DNA from: Minisyncoccota bacterium
GTDB taxonomy: Bacteria > Patescibacteriota > Minisyncoccia > Phycocordibacterales > GCA-2747955
Reading direction: 5' to 3'
NCBI GenBank assembly: GCA_937958705.1
Contig: CALGNJ010000007.1
Location: forward strand, 1 to 56,871
DNA: 56,871 nucleotides
This document shows, in pieces, positions 43,638-51,037 of the stretch. The translations under genes and the position numbers were made by a program. The first letter of the stretch is position 1; every line of letters starts with the position of its first letter. The notes beneath the pieces were generated by a model, which did not search any database, was not told the DNA's origin, and was given only the letters and a program-made list of their open reading frames with translations.

Positions 43638-44072
43638 ATGTCATTTCCTAAGCACAAACTAGAGACTCTCCAATCAATAGATCGTGCATTTGATGTGGGA
43701 ACAACTGAGAATTTTATACTTAACTGGTGGCTTCTTGGAATTAATATCTTTCTTCTTATTGTGCTTGCTCTGGATCTAGCACACGTCTTTGAATATGTAA
43801 CATGGGGTGACACGTTTCATGACATACTCCGAAACATTGAAATAATTGTTGGTATGATTTTCTTAGTTGAATTTACACTTCGGTCTATCTTTGTATACAT
43901 ACCAGACAAAAAATTCCTCACATTTTATCCAGCAATTAACGTTGTGGTTATTATCTCACTCCTTGCTCCTCATTTTATTGGAAATCTTGCCATCTTAAAA
44001 TTTGTAAAAATCCTTAAAGCCCTCAAGGTGTACAAGCTAGGTGCAGATAATAAAAGGTACAAGACAAAATAA
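43638..44072 (+). CDS. Stand-alone voltage-sensor-like domain protein (S1-S4 only)
   Basis: 4 TM segments. S2 is FLVEFTLR. S4 is LAILKFVKILKALKVYKL, with a basic residue at every third position. No pore domain. Confidence 0.6.
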   Translation: MSFPKHKLETLQSIDRAFDVGTTENFILNWWLLGINIFLLIVLALDLAHVFEYVTWGDTFHDILRNIEIIVGMIFLVEFTLRSIFVYIPDKKFLTFYPAINVVVIISLLAPHFIGNLAILKFVKILKALKVYKLGADNKRYKTK

Positions 44073-44096
44073 AAACCGGCTGTGCCGGTTTTTTAT
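44071..44096. terminator. Bidirectional terminator
   Basis: aaaaaccggc/gccggttttt hairpin. Confidence 0.8.
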
Positions 44097-44365
44097 TATT
44101 TAGTAGCTATTGCTTTGAGTCGCTTTGCTAGTCGAGATTTCTTTCGAGATGCAGTGTTATCTTTGATAACTCCGTTTTTTGCTGCTTTATCAATTGCTTT
44201 GTGAACCTGTGGCATTAACTCTGATGCTGCCTTGGTTTCACCTGCTTCAACTGACTTAGTAAACTTCTTGATGATATCTTTCATTGCTCGCGATCGTCGC
44301 ATATTAAAAACTCGTTTTTTCTCTGAGCTCTTGATTCGCTTCTTTGCTGATTTCGTGATTGCCAT
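44096..44365 (-). CDS. rpsT: 30S ribosomal protein S20
   Basis: AITKSAKKRIKSSEKKRVFN start, of basic composition, ~89 aa. Confidence 0.93.
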   Translation of the reverse strand: MAITKSAKKRIKSSEKKRVFNMRRSRAMKDIIKKFTKSVEAGETKAASELMPQVHKAIDKAAKNGVIKDNTASRKKSRLAKRLKAIATK

Positions 44366-44387
44366 AGTTCCGGTATAATATAAGAAT

Positions 44388-45224
44388 ATGTCACAAAATG
44401 CAATACGTGAAGAGGAAGTTGCGGAAGATAATTTATGCCTCCTTCACCTCGAAGAAATCCGAGAAGAACAACAAGAAAAGCGAAGAAATATTAATGATAT
44501 GTTAATTTTTGTAGTAATTATTATTTTCATTCTTGCGTTTCTAGGGTACCTCATCATGCCAGAAGTTAGATCTGTACCCCTTAATGACGTATACATTCAA
44601 ATGGCTATCTTTTTATTTACTGTTATTTCAGGATTCACTGTCTCGAGGCAAAATAATAGATACAGACAAATCATGCACGAAATGACAAGTTTTGACGGGT
44701 CAGTATCGGCAATGTACCGAGAATTTGCTCATTTTGGAGCTTCATACCAAGAAGAATTTGAAAAGATTGCACTCAAGCACTATGAACCAATTATCCGTGA
44801 GCACCGATGGGACTACAATATTACGAATAAATCTACGACACTCACTGACACCTATGCACTTGTAAAACAAGCCATTGAAGATGAACAGATTGCTCATATC
44901 GAACACTCATCTGTGTCAGAAGTAAAGAAGCAACTTGCGGACATGCAAAAAAACAGAAAAGACATGATCGCATTACATGCAGAAAGGATTCCTCAATTTC
45001 AGTGGTTTGTTATCTCTTTCTTGTCACTTATGCTCATTCTGACTGTTTCATCAGTGTCTTCATACGGAGATGTGGTTGAATCATTACTGAAAGCTTCATT
45101 TGCAACCGCAATCCTTGCAACTATCGTAATGCTCAAACGACTTGATACTCTAGACCTATTCGAGTCCTTCCTTGGAGAGCACTCTGCTCAAGATATTATC
45201 GATATTTTTGACGGTAAAAAATAA
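44388..45224 (+). CDS. Membrane protein (2+2 TM, DUF4239-like), unknown function
   Basis: ORF topology only. Confidence 0.55.
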   Translation: MSQNAIREEEVAEDNLCLLHLEEIREEQQEKRRNINDMLIFVVIIIFILAFLGYLIMPEVRSVPLNDVYIQMAIFLFTVISGFTVSRQNNRYRQIMHEMTSFDGSVSAMYREFAHFGASYQEEFEKIALKHYEPIIREHRWDYNITNKSTTLTDTYALVKQAIEDEQIAHIEHSSVSEVKKQLADMQKNRKDMIALHAERIPQFQWFVISFLSLMLILTVSSVSSYGDVVESLLKASFATAILATIVMLKRLDTLDLFESFLGEHSAQDIIDIFDGKK

Positions 45225-45241
45225 TACTAATACATACCAGC

Positions 45242-45817
45242 ATGATTGGACACTTACACGGAACCGTTATTGATATATACGAAAACAACATAATCATCTC
45301 TGTTATGGGAGTCGGGTACGAAGTTACCTGCCCTACTGCCCTGATAGCCTCAACATCAATTGACGAGCATCTTTCTGTGTATACACACCTTGCGGTGCGG
45401 GAAACAGCTCTTGATTTGTACGGATTTGAAACAAAGGCTGAGCTTGAGTTTTTTCAATTACTTATCACTATCAGTGGGATTGGACCGAAAGTAGGCCTCT
45501 CAATCATTAACGCAGCGCTTCCTGAGACGCTCTATATGGCCATTAAACAAGAAGATACCTCAGTGCTAACAAAAGTATCAGGTATCGGAAAAAAGAATGC
45601 TCAAAAGATAATTTTAGAGCTAAAAAACAAGGTAGATAAATTTGCTGGTTCATTTACAGGAGTGGAACAGAACAATCATGATATTGAGGTATTTGAAGCT
45701 CTTGAAGCACTTGGCTTTGACTCTCGCTCTATCCAAGAAGTATTAAAAGAAGAAACTCTTTCTAATCTGGAAACTTCACAAAAAATAAAAGAAGCTATTA
45801 AGTTATTAGGGAAATAA
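45242..45817 (+). CDS. ruvA: Holliday junction DNA helicase subunit RuvA
   Basis: MIGHLHGTV...GVGYEV start and the HhH motifs ISGIGPK and VSGIGKKNAQKI. Confidence 0.92.
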   Translation: MIGHLHGTVIDIYENNIIISVMGVGYEVTCPTALIASTSIDEHLSVYTHLAVRETALDLYGFETKAELEFFQLLITISGIGPKVGLSIINAALPETLYMAIKQEDTSVLTKVSGIGKKNAQKIILELKNKVDKFAGSFTGVEQNNHDIEVFEALEALGFDSRSIQEVLKEETLSNLETSQKIKEAIKLLGK

Positions 45818-45839
45818 TTTCTACCTAGGCTGTATTTAA

Positions 45840-45867
45840 TTTGACATCACAAAAAATATATCTATAA
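45840..45867 (+). promoter_or_regulatory. Sigma-70-type promoter TTGACA-16-TATAAT
   Basis: Read directly from the sequence, ~60 nt upstream of the lipoprotein gene. Confidence 0.6.
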
Positions 45868-45928
45868 TAATAAATAGAGCGTATTTACACTGTGTAAAAC
45901 GAAAGCTAACACTTTAAAGGAGTGTATT

Positions 45929-47002
45929 ATGCAACATCTTACTAAAATGACTATCTCATTCTCTGCTCTCCTCTTCTTGAGCGCGTGTGGAGGTGGAGGA
46001 GGTGGAGGCAATACCTCCTCTTCCTCTTCGGGAGTAAGTGAGGGTGGTGTTACACCGCCACCACAAACAGTACTTAGGGCTGGCAGCCTTGACCTCGGGA
46101 GCCAAAGTTTAATTCCGACATATCAAGTTGGACAGAGTTATGCTGAAGTATTATTCGAATCTGGTACTCCAGCTTCATTTAATGCTTCGTCTCTCACCTC
46201 TGGAGCAGAATATAAAATCGTTATCGCCGACACAGCGGGTACACCCCAATGTGCGTTTGCTGACGGAACGACAGTTTTAAAAAATACGGATTTAGTCTCC
46301 GTTACTTCACAAGCCCCTGGCTTGTGTACGTTAAGCCTCGAACCGGGTAACGAGACGACAGAAGTTGATTCTGTTTTAATTCGGTTTGACAATGCGGTGA
46401 CTCGTGAATACGGGCCAACCATCGGTGATGTTTGGAAACACGATGAGTCAGCAAGCGGGTCGAACACACTCTCTATGTGTGTGGATGCCACAGCCGATAG
46501 ATATGGTGCGGCAAATATCTATGCAGACAAAATTGATTCTGGTCCACTCGCTGGCGACTTCATCTGCATGGCTGAATTTTCAGTCTTCAGTGAAATGGGT
46601 AACTCTTTCTTGGGACTCCAAGAAATTATCTATGCCCAAAACACCGGTGAGGGCAGCTTGTCTGCCCAAATCCTTGCAAGCTGCAAGACACTTGCGGAGT
46701 CAGATCAGGGAGTGAGAGCTGCTGATTATCAGGTGTCTTTTGTTAACTCTCAGGTAACGAGAATTGAGACACCTAGTCAAAGCTACTGCCAAACAGGTGG
46801 CAAATCTCACGACACAGGATTCCGTGATGTTGCTTATGGAGTTGTCTACAACGACTCCGACTATAGCTATAGTTGTGTTTCGTGTATAACCTTTATTGCA
46901 AACACCTCAATTGGTGGTCGGCGTGGGGACCGAGTGTTTGTCTTAAAAGGTGACGGTGAAGGATATTATGCTCTTGAGTATATATCCGATATCTTGAACT
47001 AA
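45929..47002 (+). CDS. Lipoprotein, unknown function
   Basis: Lipobox LFLSAC followed by a Gly/Ser-rich linker. Confidence 0.7.
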   Translation: MQHLTKMTISFSALLFLSACGGGGGGGNTSSSSSGVSEGGVTPPPQTVLRAGSLDLGSQSLIPTYQVGQSYAEVLFESGTPASFNASSLTSGAEYKIVIADTAGTPQCAFADGTTVLKNTDLVSVTSQAPGLCTLSLEPGNETTEVDSVLIRFDNAVTREYGPTIGDVWKHDESASGSNTLSMCVDATADRYGAANIYADKIDSGPLAGDFICMAEFSVFSEMGNSFLGLQEIIYAQNTGEGSLSAQILASCKTLAESDQGVRAADYQVSFVNSQVTRIETPSQSYCQTGGKSHDTGFRDVAYGVVYNDSDYSYSCVSCITFIANTSIGGRRGDRVFVLKGDGEGYYALEYISDILN

Positions 47003-47015
47003 CGGTTCCGAAAAC

Positions 47016-47045
47016 AAAAAGCCGCCTTACGAGGCGGCTTTTTAC
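47016..47045. terminator. Bidirectional terminator
   Basis: aaaaagccgcc/ggcggcttttt hairpin. Confidence 0.85.
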
Positions 47046-47055
47046 ATCTTATTTG

Positions 47056-48135
47056 CTAAATATCGTACTGACATGTAATACTCCCTACGGAAACTGGGTG
47101 AAAATCCCTCACGATATGTTCATTCATGGGTTGAGGTCCAAAGTGAAGATGACTTGGCAGTATAGGAGGATTGAATGCAGTTGCACTCCAGTTTGTGCCA
47201 TCGTGTATTGCAAACGTCCTTGTCCAAGATGAACTGTTTGGATTAGATATGTCCAGATACACCAAATCGTTGTTGGCACCAAAAAAGGGGCTAGGTGAAA
47301 GACCTGACACAACAATTTCACCATAAAGACTGTTGTAGCCAGCATACTCACATATTGCGCTTAGTGTTGTGTTACTAACCGATAAAATTTCGTTTGTTAG
47401 ATTTTCAAATTGTGTCACGTTTCCGCCCATTGGGCTCAAAGGACCCGCAACTGGAGTATGACCATACTGACCATAATAAAAAGTCGTTGCGCCTAGCGCC
47501 TGAAGAATACTCCGGAGCTCAAGACCTGGAGTTATTTTTTTGTATACAGTATTTCTATCAGTACAAGTAATATCTACTGTGTGTGAGTTACCAGGATTGC
47601 TACCTCCTACTATGTTCCATTCACCTGATTCCCAAAGGACCTGGTTGTTATCACCTGGGGAACTGTAACTTCTTCCAACATATGACTGAACAGTGTCAAA
47701 ACCTAATGAATTACAAAATTGTAATCTATTTGACGCACCCGCATACAATGGTAATGATCGGTGAGGATACCTACCTTTAGGATAATATGTTGAATCACTA
47801 GAGAATGGTTCTGCTCCACCACCTAATCTAAACCTAACTGTGTTCGCATAAGTGACACATGGTTCTATTGTAGTATCAGCCGGTTTATTTAATTGAAAGC
47901 TACCCCACTCAACAGATTCTTTTGTTGGAATAAAATAATCGAGTAAGCTTGCGTTAGTAACTCTTTTGCAGTCAGAATGTGCAGTGATGGAGAAATCTGT
48001 AATACCTGAATCAATACGGTAACCTGTAAGGACACTATTTAAAGAGTACGTAAAAAGTGGAATAGCGAAAACAAAAAAAATGAACCAGCCCAGCTTGCTG
48101 GGTAACTCTTTTTTTAGATTTGATTTAATATTCAT
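47056..48135 (-). CDS. Membrane-anchored or secreted hypothetical protein
   Basis: N-terminal TM (WFIFFVFAIPLF) and a Cys-containing extracytoplasmic domain. Confidence 0.6.
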   Translation of the reverse strand: MNIKSNLKKELPSKLGWFIFFVFAIPLFTYSLNSVLTGYRIDSGITDFSITAHSDCKRVTNASLLDYFIPTKESVEWGSFQLNKPADTTIEPCVTYANTVRFRLGGGAEPFSSDSTYYPKGRYPHRSLPLYAGASNRLQFCNSLGFDTVQSYVGRSYSSPGDNNQVLWESGEWNIVGGSNPGNSHTVDITCTDRNTVYKKITPGLELRSILQALGATTFYYGQYGHTPVAGPLSPMGGNVTQFENLTNEILSVSNTTLSAICEYAGYNSLYGEIVVSGLSPSPFFGANNDLVYLDISNPNSSSWTRTFAIHDGTNWSATAFNPPILPSHLHFGPQPMNEHIVRDFHPVSVGSITCQYDI

Positions 48136-48206
48136 GCGCCATATTTTATATTTATTAGTAATTTATTTTTATCTAGTATAACAAAGAAAATAACTCACTT
48201 GAAACA

Positions 48207-48224
48207 ACCTCCCGCAGGTGTCCA
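48207..48224. repeat. Inverted-repeat partner (acctcccgcaggtgtcca) flanking the second RAYT-like gene
   Basis: 17/18 match to the reverse complement of 48944-48961. Confidence 0.7.
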
Positions 48225-48225
48225 A

Positions 48226-48882
48226 TTATTCAAATAAATCTTTATCTTTTTGTCTTTGCTTACGTATATCTTCCACAGTGGATTGCGAAATCTCTTGGTA
48301 TCTCTCTAAAGAGTCAAAGAAGTTCCGTATATTTTTGTGCAATTTGAATGTTCTGTCATCATTCTTTTGTCTCATTACTAAATCATGTCCAGATGCAAAA
48401 CTAAGTCTTTCTTCTACACCATGAACCTCATGATTTCTATTTACATATGAAGCCATTTTAATTACTAGTGCATCATTTTCTAGTGGAATATATTTAAACC
48501 TACCTTGTAGTAAGGTTCCAAATCTTGAATATTTTCTATTGAAGTATTGTGAATATGATCCACAAACCTTATTCATAAAAAGACTAATACCCTCATCAGA
48601 AATTTGTTTTAACACAAAATGAAAATGATTATTTAATATTGAATAAGCGCAGACCTCAACCAATGGCGGTTCATTCTCTAAGTCAAGAAGCGTTTCTTCA
48701 ATTTTTCTTCGTACAATTAATTTAGAGATTGTTCCAATTCTTTTATGTGAATTCAAAATACCTACAAGCAAAAGGAATCTCTCCACGTCTTCTTTATCAC
48801 AAAACATCGTAATCCCTTCTGTAGATCTATTAAATACATGAAAATATCCCTCGTTGTACAAAAAACCATATCTCAGACTCAT
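48226..48882 (-). CDS. IS200-like Y1 / RAYT-like transposase, second paralog
   Basis: NNHFHFVL HUH motif and SYVNRNH Tyr motif. N-terminus MSLRYGFLYNEGYFHVFNR aligns with MHSLRFGERKVGEFYHIFNR of 1377-1964. Confidence 0.75.
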   Translation of the reverse strand: MSLRYGFLYNEGYFHVFNRSTEGITMFCDKEDVERFLLLVGILNSHKRIGTISKLIVRRKIEETLLDLENEPPLVEVCAYSILNNHFHFVLKQISDEGISLFMNKVCGSYSQYFNRKYSRFGTLLQGRFKYIPLENDALVIKMASYVNRNHEVHGVEERLSFASGHDLVMRQKNDDRTFKLHKNIRNFFDSLERYQEISQSTVEDIRKQRQKDKDLFE

Positions 48883-48936
48883 AGATACATTATCTGCTTT
48901 TATGTACCATAAAATCATTATCATATTCAATATGTC

Positions 48937-48967
48937 AAAATGGACACCCGCGGGAGGTGTCCATTTT
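48937..48967. repeat. Hairpin aaaatggacacc-cgcggga-ggtgtccatttt upstream of the second RAYT-like gene
   Basis: 12-bp stem. Its core is inverted relative to 48207-48224. Confidence 0.75.
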
Positions 48968-48997
48968 AAATGTTGATAAAGATACTTGTATTTTATT

Positions 48998-50509
48998 TTA
49001 TCGTGCGTAATCAACGATTCGAGATTCACGAATTACGTGAACTTTGATTTCCCCTGGGTATTTAAGTTCCTGCTCAATCTGTCTAGCAACTTCACGTGCA
49101 ATTTTCTTTGCCCCATAATCATCTACTTCTTCTGGATTCACAAATACACGTACCTCGCGTCCTGCAGAAAGTGCGTACGCACTTTCTACGCCAGGAATAT
49201 TTTTTGAAATACGCTCTAATCCATCAAGTTTCTTGATATACATATTTGCAATATCTGAACGCGCTCCTGGTCTTCCTCCAGAAATAGCGTCGGCTACTTG
49301 CACCACTATAGCCTCAACATTCTCATACGGATACTCTTCATGGTGTGACTGCATAGCTTTAATAATCTCATCTGAGACACCTTCTTTTCTCAATATTCTT
49401 CTTCCGATATCAACGTGTGACCCCTCAACCATGTGGTCTTCCGCTTTACCGATATCATGGAGTAGTGCTCCGGCTTTTGCTACGTAGGCATCTGCCCCAA
49501 TTTGATTTGCAATCGTACCAGCCAAATGAGCCATTTCAACTGAATGCTGTAATACATTCTGTCCGTACGAATACCTAAAGTACAACTTTCCAAGTGTTTG
49601 AATCAATGTTTCTGATAAGCCAGATATACCACACTCAACCGCAGCCTCTTTCCCTTTTTGAGTGATGAGAGTTTTTATGTTGTCTTTTGTTTGTTTCACG
49701 ACAGTTTCAATACGTGCTGGTTGGATACGCCCATCTTTAATTAATTCTTCCAGCGCTTGTTTCGCAACTGCCCGCCTAATTGGATCAAATGATGAAATTG
49801 TTATCACTCCTGGTGTGTCGTCAATTATTAGTTGCACTCCTGATGTTTTCTCAAATGACTTAATATTTCTTCCTTCTTTCCCGATTATCTTACCCTTGGT
49901 ATCATCATCTGGAAGAGTAACTGACGTTGACATAATGTCATTCTCAACTGAATTTCCATATCGATGAATTGCAGTCACCAGAATATTTCGTGCTTGATCT
50001 TGAAATGTACTCTCACTTTCCTGTTCAAGCTTTCTCATGCGTGCAAGTAGCGTGTCTCGTTCGTCTTGCTCTATACGTTCAAAAAGGACCTCTTTTGCGT
50101 CTTTTTCTGTCATGTGGGCAACGCCTTCTAATTGTTTCTTTTGTACCCTCAATAAGTCTTGCAAATCTTCTTCTTGCTTTGCTAGTGTATCTTTCTTAGC
50201 TGTCAGCTTTTGCTCTCTTGTATCAAGATATTCCTCTTTTTTGTTTATCCTTTTTTGAGCCTCTTGGGCCTCTAACTTTTGCTGACTAATTTCTTCTCGT
50301 GCGATTCTCTTTGTTTCTTGTGATTGTTTTTCTGCCTGAGTGATTATCTCTGAAGCCTTAGAGCGTGCGTCTTGCTCCATCTTGGCAATCTTACTTTCAA
50401 TACCTTCGTTCTTTCTAATTCCCAAAAGTGTTTTTAGTAAATACCCAAGAATCACACCCAAAAATCCCACAAAGAAAAGTGTCGCAAAAAATGCAAATAA
50501 TGGTGTCAT
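48998..50509 (-). CDS. rny: Ribonuclease Y
   Basis: N-terminal TM, coiled coil, KH domain (GKIIGKEGRNIKSFE) and HD domain (LLHDIGKA). Confidence 0.95.
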   Translation of the reverse strand: MTPLFAFFATLFFVGFLGVILGYLLKTLLGIRKNEGIESKIAKMEQDARSKASEIITQAEKQSQETKRIAREEISQQKLEAQEAQKRINKKEEYLDTREQKLTAKKDTLAKQEEDLQDLLRVQKKQLEGVAHMTEKDAKEVLFERIEQDERDTLLARMRKLEQESESTFQDQARNILVTAIHRYGNSVENDIMSTSVTLPDDDTKGKIIGKEGRNIKSFEKTSGVQLIIDDTPGVITISSFDPIRRAVAKQALEELIKDGRIQPARIETVVKQTKDNIKTLITQKGKEAAVECGISGLSETLIQTLGKLYFRYSYGQNVLQHSVEMAHLAGTIANQIGADAYVAKAGALLHDIGKAEDHMVEGSHVDIGRRILRKEGVSDEIIKAMQSHHEEYPYENVEAIVVQVADAISGGRPGARSDIANMYIKKLDGLERISKNIPGVESAYALSAGREVRVFVNPEEVDDYGAKKIAREVARQIEQELKYPGEIKVHVIRESRIVDYAR

Positions 50510-50621
50510 GTTTATTTTGTTATTTCACAGTTATTCTGCTGTTTCAGATTGGTGTTTTGCACACCGTTTCAATAATTTATATACAATGTTGTACTTTTTT
50601 ATAATACCTCAGGTTGAGAAT

Positions 50622-50649
50622 AAAGAAAAACAAGCATCGATGCTTGTTT
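50622..50649 (-). terminator. Intrinsic terminator
   Basis: aaaaacaagcatc/gatgcttgttttt hairpin. Confidence 0.75.
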
Positions 50650-51024
50650 TTACTCTAAGCTCTTGAGAAGATCTAATTCTGCCTCTACAGTGCGCTCGGT
50701 CCTTAAAAGATTTAGTTGATTCTCTACATCGGAATCTGCGTCTTGTTGCAATTGCTCTAATAGCTGGACCTCTTGCTGTATTTCTGCCTCTGTATTAATA
50801 GTATCTACAGGGAGTAGTTCATCAAGTTTTTCTCTTTGTTCCTCCTTATTCAGCGCTGGTGTTGCTTGTGTTTCATTCTGGCCTTGCTCGGTCAGGTTAC
50901 TGGTGTTTGTACCTCCACTCCATTGAATAATAGTTGGCCCAAAGAAATACCATACAAGCGCAATGACAAGAAAGCCTATCCCCAACCCTAGTCCAGTATA
51001 AAAACGTGTTTGTGTAACGGTCAT
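50650..51024 (-). CDS. Single-TM coiled-coil protein, co-transcribed with the tail-fibre-like gene
   Basis: TM helix and an acidic coiled-coil C-terminus, 13 nt downstream of the large ORF. Confidence 0.55.
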   Translation of the reverse strand: MTVTQTRFYTGLGLGIGFLVIALVWYFFGPTIIQWSGGTNTSNLTEQGQNETQATPALNKEEQREKLDELLPVDTINTEAEIQQEVQLLEQLQQDADSDVENQLNLLRTERTVEAELDLLKSLE

Positions 51025-51037
51025 TGTTTTATGAAGA

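Noticed and set aside
48883-49029. N-terminal extension of the second RAYT-like ORF.
   Set aside because: It crosses the flanking hairpin and overlaps the rny 3' end. Alignment with the first paralog supports the Met at 48882.
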